DNA of 64,000 nt. Source: Candidatus Vogelbacteria bacterium. Its GTDB lineage: Bacteria > Patescibacteriota > Minisyncoccia > Phycocordibacterales > XYD1-FULL-46-19. The position numbers and the translations under genes were made by a program. This document shows, in pieces, positions 38,860 to 47,092 of this stretch. Location of the stretch: NCBI GenBank assembly GCA_903878275.1, contig CAIRHC010000011.1, positions 19,116 to 83,115 of the forward strand, written 5' to 3'. Within the stretch, counting starts at the first letter, position 1. Each line of letters begins with the position of its first letter. The notes below the pieces were generated by a model that worked only from the letters and a program-made list of their open reading frames with translations, searched no databases and had not been told where the DNA came from.

Positions 38860-39438
38860 TTAGGCAACCGGGGTTTCTTCTGATGCCACAGCCACTTCTT
38901 CAACGGGAACAGTTTCAACAACAGCCACTTCAGCCGCATCCATAATATTTTCCACTTCGGCTGGCACTTCTTCGGTCACAACTTTTTCGGCAACGACTGG
39001 AGCTTCAGCAACTTCCGGAGCAGGAGCGGGAGCATTTTTTGCCTCTTCGGCTTCTTTTTCCGCTTTTTCTTTTTCTGCTTTATCGGCTTCGGCTTTCTTC
39101 AAGGCGTCAGCTTTGTCTTTTTCTTCTTTAGCAGTCTTTGTAGCAACTAAAGCTTTCACTTTCTTGCCGAGTTTTTTAGAAGCAATATTTTTCTTTTCAC
39201 CCTTGATAATGCCTTTGCGAACCAAAAGATTGTAGGCAGTATCAGACAATTTGGCACCCACCGACATCCAATAAGTGACACGATCTTCTTTTATCGCTGG
39301 CGAACCTTGACGAGCATCATAGGAACCGACAACCTCAATGACTTTGCCAGTTTGAGCAGCCTCGTGAGAATCAACAATAACCATCCGGAAAGATGGGTCA
39401 TTTTTGCGTCCAACCCGTTGTAATCTGATCATTAACAT
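38860..39438 (-). CDS. rpsP: 30S ribosomal protein S16 with a long Lys/Ala/Glu-rich C-terminal extension
   Basis: N-terminal MLMIRLQRVGRKNDPSFRMVIVDS...GSYDAR matches bS16; residues after ~90 are low-complexity KAEKEKAEKEAEEAK. Confidence 0.9.
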   Translation of the reverse strand: MLMIRLQRVGRKNDPSFRMVIVDSHEAAQTGKVIEVVGSYDARQGSPAIKEDRVTYWMSVGAKLSDTAYNLLVRKGIIKGEKKNIASKKLGKKVKALVATKTAKEEKDKADALKKAEADKAEKEKAEKEAEEAKNAPAPAPEVAEAPVVAEKVVTEEVPAEVENIMDAAEVAVVETVPVEEVAVASEETPVA

Positions 39439-39549
39439 TGTTTACATCTTATCAGAAACTAAGCCTAAAGTCAATTTTAGCCATACTGGCAAGCCCAAAA
39501 GTTCACTCTTACCTACTTATTTGCCCAAAAGGTGCTATAATGCCTGAAC

Positions 39550-41463
39550 ATGCCCAAAAAACACCAAAAATCAGAGGCTCCGACCAGTGTCATCCGCGTC
39601 AACGGCAAAGGTTTTGGCTTTATCGAACGACCCGGCGAAGACACGCTTTTTGTCCCGCCCGGCAGTCTGGGCACCGCCCTAGACAACGATATTATCGCCT
39701 ACCGCCGGACAAAAGATGACAATGCCGAGATAACAAAGGTAATTAAACGGAGCAAAACCAAATTTACCGGCACCGTCGTTGAGACGGAAAACGGCTTAAA
39801 AATAAAACCTGATAGTTTTAAATTTTATACTTTAATCAATGCCGAAAACATTGCCGAGAGTGGCGCCAAAATCAATGACAAAGTTTTGGTGGAAATTACC
39901 GACTGGCAAAAAGACGCCGACGAACCAAACGGTAATTTATTAAAAGTTTTCGGTCAAGCCGGTGAACACGAGCCAGAAATGCAAGCGATTATTTACGATC
40001 GCGGAATTGATACTGATTTTTCCGAAGACGTGCTAAAAGAATCAGAAGAAATTTTAAAAGAATCAGAAGATAATTTTAAACAGGAAGTTTTAACTCGTCG
40101 AGATTTCCGCAATATCACCACTTTCACCATCGATCCGAAAACCGCTAAAGATTATGATGACGCTTTGTCATTCAAAAAAATCTCTGACGATGAATTTGAA
40201 GTCGGCGTGCATATTGCCGATGTCTCTTTTTATGTCCGCCCCGGCACCGCCATCGACAATGAGGCGCGCAAACGTACCACCTCGGTCTATTTAGTCGATC
40301 GCACCATTCCAATGCTTCCTGAAGTCTTGTCGAACGATCTGTGTAGTCTCGTCGAAGGTAAAGATCGTCTCACCTACTCCGCCGTTTTCACACTAAATAA
40401 AAAAGCGGAAATTTTAATCGAGTGGTTTGGTCGCACCATCATCAATTCCAACAAAAGATTTTCTTACGAAGATGTCGCGGAAATTATCGACGCTGGCACC
40501 GGACTTTATTTTGAAGAATTAAATACGATAAACAATCTCGCCAAGGAACTCGACAAACAGAAAATTCGCGACGGCGCGCTCGCTTTCGAAGAAGACGAAG
40601 TGTCGTTTGAAATTGACGAAAACGGTAAGCCGATTAGTGTCTACAAAAAAGAACGGCTGACTTCGCACAAACTCGTCGAGGATTTTATGTTGCTCGCCAA
40701 TAAAAAAGTGGCGGAATTTGCCACTCGCTTTGTAAGACACAAAGACTTGATGTTCGTCTATCGAATTCACGAGGGACCAAATCCCGACAAAATTGCCGAC
40801 CTAATTAAATTCTTAAAATTATTTGGCCACACCTTAAAAATCAAAGGTAAAAAAATTGTCCCAAGTGAACTCAATAATTTTTTGAAAACCATTGCTGGCA
40901 CGCCCGAAGAAAATATTTTAAATCGCTCGATTGTTCGATCGATGAGTCGCGCCGTTTACGCCATGAAAAATATCGGGCACTTTGGTTTGGCGTTTGAAGA
41001 TTACACCCACTTTACTTCGCCGATTCGTCGCTATCCAGATGTAATGGTTCATCGCCTGCTCACTTATTATTTAGACAAACAATATCCCGCGATTGAAATG
41101 TTGCAAGATTATGACCGACTCTGTACTCACTCTTCAGATATGGAAAAAAGAGCGACCGATGCCGAACGCGAATCGATCAAATACAAACAAGCCGAATATT
41201 TGGAGCAACACATCGGCGAAATTTTCGATGGCGTCGTATCTGGCACGACCAAGTGGGGTATGTACGTCGAAGAACTCTCGACTGGCGCCGAAGGTTTGGT
41301 GCGTCTCGCTGATTTAAAAGATGACCGCTACACCTTCGACGACAAAAAATTCTGCCTCGTCGGCGAAAAAACTAAAAAAACGTATCGCCTAGGAGATACC
41401 CTAAAAATCAAAGTTCTAAAAACTGATCGAGTGGCGAAGACGATTGATTTCGGGATTGTTTAA
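39550..41463 (+). CDS. rnr: ribonuclease R (RNB family 3'-5' exoribonuclease with a C-terminal S1 domain)
   Basis: N-terminal cold-shock-like domain (GKGFGFIER), RNB motifs (DPKTAKDYDDALS, HFGLAFEDYTHFTSPIRRYPD) and C-terminal S1 (GVVSGTTKWGMYVEL). Confidence 0.9.
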   Translation: MPKKHQKSEAPTSVIRVNGKGFGFIERPGEDTLFVPPGSLGTALDNDIIAYRRTKDDNAEITKVIKRSKTKFTGTVVETENGLKIKPDSFKFYTLINAENIAESGAKINDKVLVEITDWQKDADEPNGNLLKVFGQAGEHEPEMQAIIYDRGIDTDFSEDVLKESEEILKESEDNFKQEVLTRRDFRNITTFTIDPKTAKDYDDALSFKKISDDEFEVGVHIADVSFYVRPGTAIDNEARKRTTSVYLVDRTIPMLPEVLSNDLCSLVEGKDRLTYSAVFTLNKKAEILIEWFGRTIINSNKRFSYEDVAEIIDAGTGLYFEELNTINNLAKELDKQKIRDGALAFEEDEVSFEIDENGKPISVYKKERLTSHKLVEDFMLLANKKVAEFATRFVRHKDLMFVYRIHEGPNPDKIADLIKFLKLFGHTLKIKGKKIVPSELNNFLKTIAGTPEENILNRSIVRSMSRAVYAMKNIGHFGLAFEDYTHFTSPIRRYPDVMVHRLLTYYLDKQYPAIEMLQDYDRLCTHSSDMEKRATDAERESIKYKQAEYLEQHIGEIFDGVVSGTTKWGMYVEELSTGAEGLVRLADLKDDRYTFDDKKFCLVGEKTKKTYRLGDTLKIKVLKTDRVAKTIDFGIV

Positions 41464-41494
41464 AAAATAACCAAGATTGTTCTCGATTATTTTT

Positions 41495-43744
41495 CTACTT
41501 CGCATAAGCCTCGGCTTCATCAAATTTAATTGAGATCAAACGCGAGACTGAATCGGCGCCAATGGTCACACCATACAAAATGCCGGCGCGGGACATTGTC
41601 TCACGATTGTGCGTAATTAAAATCAGTTGGGAATATTTTGACAAATTTTCAATCATATCGGCATATTTCCTCGAGTTGGCTTCATCAAGTGCCGCATCGG
41701 TCTCGTCAAGAATCAAAAATGGTGGTGGATTGACTTGAGACATCGCAAAGAGGAGCGCGATCGAAGTGAGCGCTCTTTCACCACCCGAAAGCATCGCCAG
41801 ACCTTTGATTTTTTTGCGTGGCAAATTGACCGCCACTTCCACTCCACCGCCACTTTCATCTTCGGCGGTATCTGGCACGATTGCCTCTTCCAAAAGATCT
41901 TCGGTACTCGCCTCTTTTTTCTTGCGCGGTAAAACCACTTCCAGTCCCGCCGAACCACCGCCAAACAAAATATTAAAGAATTTCTGAAATTCGCTGTTTA
42001 TTTTTTTTATACCAGTGCTAAAGTCTTCATTTATTTTGACCCGCAATTCGTCCATCACTTCGAGCAAGGCTTTTTTACTTTCGGCTAAATCCAAAAGTTC
42101 TTTCGCCAAATGAGCGTCGCGAGCCGTCACTTCTTCGTGTTCACGCAAGACATCGCTACTTTCCACACCCATATCTTCAAGGCGAATTTTCGCTCGTTCG
42201 ATTTTTCGCCGGCGGTCTTCTTGGGCGTGCCGTTCTTCGATCAATGCCTCTTTGTCATCAATCGGCAAACCCGAATAATCCAAAATTTCTCGTCCGAGTA
42301 AAACACCAGCTTCGCCAAGTTCTTGCCGAAAATTTTCGCGTTCCAAAGTCAGTGTTTCTTTTCTGGCGAGTAAGGTTTGAATCGTCGCCGAAAGTTCGCT
42401 TCTTTTTACGCGCCATTCAAACAAAGCTTTTTCGGCTTCGCGAGTTTCTTCGGTATTGTGAGTCATCGCCAAACGCAAAGTCCCCGCTTTATTTTGCCAG
42501 TCTCTTTCTTCGTCTTCTAGTTTGGTTATTTCTTCCAAAACCTGAATTTTTTCGGCTTCAAATTTATTTATTTCGAGCGTCAATTCTTCGGCTTTTTCTT
42601 CGGCAATATTTTCTTGTTCATAATTTACCAGCAAAGAATCGACAAACAATCGCAAATTTTGCACCACGTGCTTGACCAACGACAAATCAAAGGCTCGTTC
42701 TAATTCGCCAACATAATTATTTAAAGATTCTTGCCAACCTTTTACTTCGTGCAAAGAAATCGTGACAGACGAGCTAACCGCTTTTGGCAATTTGGCTTGC
42801 TTGGTTTCGTATTCAATCAAACCCTCAAGGCGACCAAGCTTGCGTGACAGGTCATCGTAACGCCCACGCACCACCCTGATTTGCGATTCAATTTCACGTA
42901 ATTCGTTTTGTTCGGCAATCTGACGAGTGTCACGAGTAGCAGTTTTTTCCAACTCCACCAAACGCTCGTCAATCTCGTGCAATTTTTCTTTTGGCGAAAT
43001 CAGATCATCCGCCAACCGATTTTCCCAGTGTTTCAAATAAATTTCTTCGCGACACAGGTATTCTTTGTAAATATCCGACATTTCTTTCTTGAGCTCGTTG
43101 ATTTTTTCAATTTTTTCTACCTGCTTTTTTAAAAATTTTAAGTGCGGCGCAATTTCTCGCCTGATCGATTCGACTTGTTTGATATTTTCTTCAGTCTTCG
43201 CCAATTTCTTTTCACTTTCTTGCAATTTCCATTGATAAATTTTCAAGCCTAGCGCATCTTCGATCATCCCACGACGCTCTATGGCATTGGCATTTAAAAT
43301 TCTATCCGCTTCACCTTGACTGATGATATGATGACCAGATGAGCCGAGCGACACACTCGCCAAAAGCTCAATAATATCTTTCAAGCGCACCGCCGAACCA
43401 TTGATCGAATATTCATTAGTGCCTTCACGGAAAACTTCACGCGAGATAACGACTTCATCAAAATCTAAATTAAAATGCCGATCGTGGTTGTCGAAAGTCA
43501 CCGTCACGCTCGCTCGCGACAGTCGCCCAAGCGAACTAGAACCATTGAAAATTAAATCTTCACCACGCTTACCACGCAAAGATTTTAAAGATTGTTCACC
43601 GAGCACCCAACGGAAAGCTTCGGCGACGTTTGACTTGCCCGAACCATTTGGTCCGACGATAGCTACTACCGGCGAATCAAAAAACAAAGTCGCCTTGCGA
43701 CCAAAAGATTTAAAACCCGAAATTTCCAACTTTTTGAGAGTCAC
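41495..43744 (-). CDS. smc: SMC-family chromosome condensation ATPase, unusually short (749 aa) with no recognisable hinge
   Basis: Canonical SMC N-terminus (LEISGFKSFGRKATLFFDSPVVAIVGPNGSGKSNVAEAFRWVLGEQSLKSLRG) and C-terminal signature/Walker B/D-loop (LSGGERALTSIALLFAM...LILDETDAALDE...ITHNRETM); the middle is coiled-coil-like with no Gly-rich hinge motif. Confidence 0.75.
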   Translation of the reverse strand: MTLKKLEISGFKSFGRKATLFFDSPVVAIVGPNGSGKSNVAEAFRWVLGEQSLKSLRGKRGEDLIFNGSSSLGRLSRASVTVTFDNHDRHFNLDFDEVVISREVFREGTNEYSINGSAVRLKDIIELLASVSLGSSGHHIISQGEADRILNANAIERRGMIEDALGLKIYQWKLQESEKKLAKTEENIKQVESIRREIAPHLKFLKKQVEKIEKINELKKEMSDIYKEYLCREEIYLKHWENRLADDLISPKEKLHEIDERLVELEKTATRDTRQIAEQNELREIESQIRVVRGRYDDLSRKLGRLEGLIEYETKQAKLPKAVSSSVTISLHEVKGWQESLNNYVGELERAFDLSLVKHVVQNLRLFVDSLLVNYEQENIAEEKAEELTLEINKFEAEKIQVLEEITKLEDEERDWQNKAGTLRLAMTHNTEETREAEKALFEWRVKRSELSATIQTLLARKETLTLERENFRQELGEAGVLLGREILDYSGLPIDDKEALIEERHAQEDRRRKIERAKIRLEDMGVESSDVLREHEEVTARDAHLAKELLDLAESKKALLEVMDELRVKINEDFSTGIKKINSEFQKFFNILFGGGSAGLEVVLPRKKKEASTEDLLEEAIVPDTAEDESGGGVEVAVNLPRKKIKGLAMLSGGERALTSIALLFAMSQVNPPPFLILDETDAALDEANSRKYADMIENLSKYSQLILITHNRETMSRAGILYGVTIGADSVSRLISIKFDEAEAYAK

Positions 43745-43816
43745 TATGTAAATTATAAACTATTAAGATAAAAACTTGAAGTGATTAAAGCCTTAAAACT
43801 GGGCATTTCTCGGCTA

Positions 43817-43845
43817 TTGACAAAACTGTTAAATAGGTGTATAAT
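43817..43845 (+). promoter_or_regulatory. consensus sigma-70 promoter TTGACA-17-TGTATAAT (extended -10)
   Basis: TTGACA at 43817-43822, a 17-nt spacer, a TG dinucleotide at 43838-43839 and TATAAT at 43840-43845, all seen directly. Confidence 0.6.
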
Positions 43846-43885
43846 AGAAAAAGTTAAAATTGTTCTTTAAAAATCAAAGTGCACT

Positions 43886-43944
43886 CTCCTTTGGTTGATA
43901 GATAATTTCTGCAATTGGGCAGGAGTCATCTTAAACCAAAGGAG
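43886..43944 (+). promoter_or_regulatory. 11-nt inverted repeat ctcctttggtt / aaccaaaggag (37-nt spacer) in the 5' leader of the 43970 gene
   Basis: Seen directly; the downstream arm ends 25 nt before the ATG. Confidence 0.35.
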
Positions 43945-43969
43945 AAACTGATACGAGGAAGATAACAAA

Positions 43970-44458
43970 ATGGAGATGGCGGAGTTTCGGAAAATGATAA
44001 GGTTCTCCGAGATTGTCGAGGTTCTCGCCAAAATCGAGAGAAAAGACAAGGTCGTACTAGCGGTACTTAAAAAATACCGTGAATGCTTCCGGGATCTTTC
44101 GTGGGTTCAGAGTTTGAGATTTGACTTTATTGGCTGTCCTGGAATTCGCAAGAATTCTCCAGAATATACCAAACTAGTCAAAGCCCAAAAAGCAGTAAAG
44201 AAGATCGCCGACGAAACACGCAAACTTCGAAATTGCCGACCGGAATTTCTCAAACTTTTGGCTAGCCTATTCGCACTCGAAAAGAGAGCGGACGAGCAAA
44301 TCAGCGAACACATAAGCCAAAATCCGGAAATGTCCGATAATGTAATCGAAATTATCCGAGAAGGAACAGGTAAACGGAACTATGACGGCTCACGGTTCAT
44401 CAACCAAAGCAATCGTCCGTTCCACCACCAAACAAACAAAAATAATGGTCGCCGCTAG
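43970..44458 (+). CDS. hypothetical protein (162 aa), no recognisable family
   Basis: ORF downstream of the consensus promoter; the composition is protein-like with Lys/Glu-rich helices. Confidence 0.45.
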   Translation: MEMAEFRKMIRFSEIVEVLAKIERKDKVVLAVLKKYRECFRDLSWVQSLRFDFIGCPGIRKNSPEYTKLVKAQKAVKKIADETRKLRNCRPEFLKLLASLFALEKRADEQISEHISQNPEMSDNVIEIIREGTGKRNYDGSRFINQSNRPFHHQTNKNNGRR

Positions 44459-44641
44459 ATAACACAAACGGCACCAAAAACGAACAACCTGACGTTTTAA
44501 CCATTTCGATCTTTGACATCGAGATGCAATACCAAAAAAAATAACTCGAGAAGTTTTTCGCACTTTGACTTCTCTTTCATTCTTAGATGTGTGTCTAGGC
44601 TTATGAGTCCAAAAGGACGAAATGAAGAAACCCGACAAAAA

Positions 44642-44673
44642 CTGCCCCGCTAAAAGCGGAGCAGTTTTTGTTT
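44642..44673 (+). terminator. intrinsic terminator (ctgccccgc/gcggagcag stem plus TTTTTGTTTG)
   Basis: Seen directly, about 185 nt downstream of the 43970 ORF stop. Confidence 0.5.
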
Positions 44674-44695
44674 GCTTTATTGAATTATCGTTCTT

Positions 44696-44937
44696 ACCAC
44701 CAAGTCGAAACCTTTTACTTTTTTAAAACTATTTTGTGCGATATTTTGTGCGATATCCAATCTCGCACAATCCTCCCGTCACCACCAAGGCGAGACTTGT
44801 TTCTGTTTAAAATCTCCGTCACCACCGTTCGCGGAGAATTAGCCTTTTGATGGCATTGAGAAAGGCAATTGAAAATTAAGAAGCTGAACAAAATCCTCAT
44901 CGCCACCAAGGCGAGACCTTTTACTTTTTTAAACCCT
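44696..44937 (+). repeat. three degenerate ~33-nt direct repeats (CCACCAAGGCGAGACCTTTTACTTTTTTAAAMC-like) with irregular spacing, plus a tandem 12-mer ttttgtgcgata x2
   Basis: Copies at about 44697-44731, 44782-44813 and 44903-44937; the motif core ccttttacttttttaaac recurs as its reverse complement ggtttaaaaaagtaaaagg at 45049-45067. Confidence 0.5.
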
Positions 44938-44946
44938 TGCGGAATT

Positions 44947-45011
44947 GTCGCCAGCATGGTTTTCGCCCTTTGTTTTTTTTGTTGCTTTAGCAACAAGGGC
45001 GAAATGGCGAC
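44947..45011 (+). ncRNA. nested stem-loop element (outer gtcgcca/tggcgac, middle ttcgccc/gggcgaa with a 10-nt U-rich bulge, inner ttgttgc/gcaacaa with a ttta loop) inside the non-coding island, candidate structured RNA
   Basis: Complementarities read directly; about 15 nt downstream is the short GC hairpin agcccc/ggggct plus T5 at 45028-45046. Confidence 0.25.
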
Positions 45012-45023
45012 TTGGAGCAGAGG

Positions 45024-45046
45024 AAAAAGCCCCGCTGGGGCTTTTT
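45024..45046. terminator. short bidirectional terminator-like hairpin (agcccc-gct-ggggct) with flanking A and T runs
   Basis: Seen directly; it would serve rnc on the minus strand and the non-coding island on the plus strand. Confidence 0.45.
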
Positions 45047-45079
45047 CTGTGGTTTAAAAAAGTAAAAGGTTGAGCCTCT

Positions 45080-45781
45080 CTATTTTTTCTCCCACTTCTT
45101 AACCGCCAAACCTTTTCGCGCCGCTTCTTGCTCGGCTTCTTGTTTTGACTTGCCTTCGCCGGTGGCAATTTGTTCTTTTTGTAAAAATAAACCGACGGTA
45201 AAAATCTTGTCGTGATCAGGACCACTGTCAGACACCAGCTTATAGCTCGGTGTAATATTCAATATTTCTTGAGCTTTTTTCTGAAAATCACTTTTGTAAT
45301 CTTCGCTCATTGATTTATTAATAATTTCTTCCGCCTTGGACAATAAAAATTTTTCAATAAAAACTCTCGCTGATTCATAACCTTGATCAAGATAAATCGC
45401 CCCGACAATTGCCTCGTACGCATTAGCTAAAATAATTTGGCGCGCTCGTCCGACATCTTTTGATTCGCCGCGCGACAAAAAAAGCATCTCGTTCACACCA
45501 AGCTCGCTTGCCAACGCGCTACAAGTATTGGCATTGACCAAAGCCGCCCGATACAAGGTGAGCTCCCCTTCCGGTTTGTCCTTATATTTATTAAATAAAA
45601 AATCAGTCGTCACTAATTCGAGCACAGCATCGCCTAAAAATTCCAAGCGCTCGTTGTGATCAAGCTCGCAATCTTTGTGTTCGTTCAAATAAGATCGATG
45701 AATAAAAGCCGTCTTCAACAGCTCTTTATTTTTAAAATGAAAACCAATTTTTTTCTCAAATTGTGATAAGTCTGCACCCAT
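45080..45781 (-). CDS. rnc: ribonuclease III
   Basis: RNase III signature ERLEFLGDAVLELVTTDFLF and a C-terminal dsRBD. Confidence 0.9.
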   Translation of the reverse strand: MGADLSQFEKKIGFHFKNKELLKTAFIHRSYLNEHKDCELDHNERLEFLGDAVLELVTTDFLFNKYKDKPEGELTLYRAALVNANTCSALASELGVNEMLFLSRGESKDVGRARQIILANAYEAIVGAIYLDQGYESARVFIEKFLLSKAEEIINKSMSEDYKSDFQKKAQEILNITPSYKLVSDSGPDHDKIFTVGLFLQKEQIATGEGKSKQEAEQEAARKGLAVKKWEKK

Positions 45782-45790
45782 ATTTAAATC

Positions 45791-46693
45791 TTACCGCGCC
45801 ATTAATTTCTTTATCGCCTTGGTAATAATCGGTAAAATGTCATCATACATTCGAAGCTCGGTCACCTCTTCAATCGCAAACCAACCGACATTGTCTAAGC
45901 CACTTTTTTCTTCCAACTTCAACGTTTTCTTAGTTTTACATTCCGCCAAAAAATAATTGACTTGTCGACGAATTTTACCTCTTTCCGGATCAGAAGCAAT
46001 ATATTCATTCAAACCCAGCTCACCTTTAATTTCTGAATCAACTGAAACTTCTTCTTTGACCTCACGAACGGTGCCAGCTTCGACTTCTTCGCCTACTTCG
46101 ATATGCCCTTTTGGCAAAGTCCAATAACCAAAGACATCGTGAACCAAAGCCAGAAAAATTTTATCTTTGTCGCGACAATAGACCACCGCCCCGCCGAGCT
46201 TTTCGACTGGCATATCTTCATAAGCGACATCAGGTTTGCGAATTTTGCGACCAGAGACTTGATCTTTGTCTGGCTCGCCAAGTTCTTTGTACACAGTGCC
46301 GAGCACGCCGTTGATAAAACGTCCGCTATTTTCTCCACCGAAAGTTTTACCGAGTTCAATGGCTTCGTTTATCGCCACTTTGGCTGGCACATCTTTGCGA
46401 TTACCAAAAATTAATTCGTACAAACCAAGACGCAAAATATTGCGATCAACCACTGCAATCTGTCCGATCGGCCAATCGGGTGCCGCCTTTTCGAGGATAG
46501 AATCAAGCTTATCTTTATGAGAAATAACACCGTCCACCAACTCATTTACAAAAGCCATTTCATCCAAACCTGGTCCAAATTCTTCCACCACCGCCTCGGT
46601 CACTTTATCGAGTTTTGAAGTATCGCCGTCGTTGAAATCCCAATCAAAGAGGATTTGCATTGCTAAACTCCGAGATAAATGCCGATTAGCCAT
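45791..46693 (-). CDS. nusB: NusB-like antitermination domain fused to a C-terminal Nudix hydrolase domain
   Basis: N-terminal ~135 aa match NusB (SRSLAMQILF...DRNILRLGLYEL...PAKVAINEAIELGKTFG...GRFINGVLG); C-terminal ~150 aa carry the Nudix box GHIEVGEEVEAGTVREVKEEVSV. Confidence 0.8.
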   Translation of the reverse strand: MANRHLSRSLAMQILFDWDFNDGDTSKLDKVTEAVVEEFGPGLDEMAFVNELVDGVISHKDKLDSILEKAAPDWPIGQIAVVDRNILRLGLYELIFGNRKDVPAKVAINEAIELGKTFGGENSGRFINGVLGTVYKELGEPDKDQVSGRKIRKPDVAYEDMPVEKLGGAVVYCRDKDKIFLALVHDVFGYWTLPKGHIEVGEEVEAGTVREVKEEVSVDSEIKGELGLNEYIASDPERGKIRRQVNYFLAECKTKKTLKLEEKSGLDNVGWFAIEEVTELRMYDDILPIITKAIKKLMAR

Positions 46694-46742
46694 AATTATT
46701 TAATGTTCAAAATAAAAAACCACTTAATTTAAAAACTTAATT

Positions 46743-46973
46743 TTATTTGCCTTCAGCCACTGCCTTTTTCTTTCGTTTGGCTTCCTTTTTTTCTACCTTC
46801 ACCAGGACATTGATTACCTCTCTTTTGTTGTAGGAACCGCAGGTCAAACAGGCTCGGTGATTTTGTTTTGGGCTACTGCATTTATCGCACGCCGAAAGAC
46901 GAGGCGCCGTAATAGCGTGGTGAGATCGGCGATTTGCCGTATGGGCTCTTGTGTGTCGCATTCGTACTACCAT
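46743..46973 (-). CDS. rpmF: 50S ribosomal protein L32 with a Lys-rich C-terminal tail
   Basis: RRSHHAITAPRLSACDKCSSPKQNHRACLTCGSY matches the bL32 pattern. Confidence 0.85.
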   Translation of the reverse strand: MVVRMRHTRAHTANRRSHHAITAPRLSACDKCSSPKQNHRACLTCGSYNKREVINVLVKVEKKEAKRKKKAVAEGK

Positions 46974-47092
46974 AGTGTTTTTATACTACCTTATTTTATT
47001 AAAAAACGCAAATTAAGACCAGCCAGAGATGGTGAAACCGGCGTTTGCGCAGACGCCGGTTTGGAAAAAAAATCGTGCTTTTGAAAAGAAAG

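Noticed and set aside
39438-39719. The 93-aa ORF overlapping the start of rnr
   Set aside because: It is Arg/Pro-rich and out of frame with rnr, whose conserved N-terminus begins at 39550. It is spurious.
44696-44937. Possible CRISPR array formed by the three ~33-nt direct repeats
   Set aside because: The repeats are degenerate with several mismatches each. Spacings are irregular (about 50 and 89 nt), only three copies exist, and no cas genes are nearby. This is not a CRISPR architecture.
44668-45225. Four short ORFs (44668..44850, 44715..44996, 44869..45057, 44929..45225) in the rnc-proximal non-coding island
   Set aside because: They overlap one another and the repeats and hairpins. The last one overlaps the rnc C-terminus. 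Composition is dominated by the translated repeats. They are treated as non-coding.
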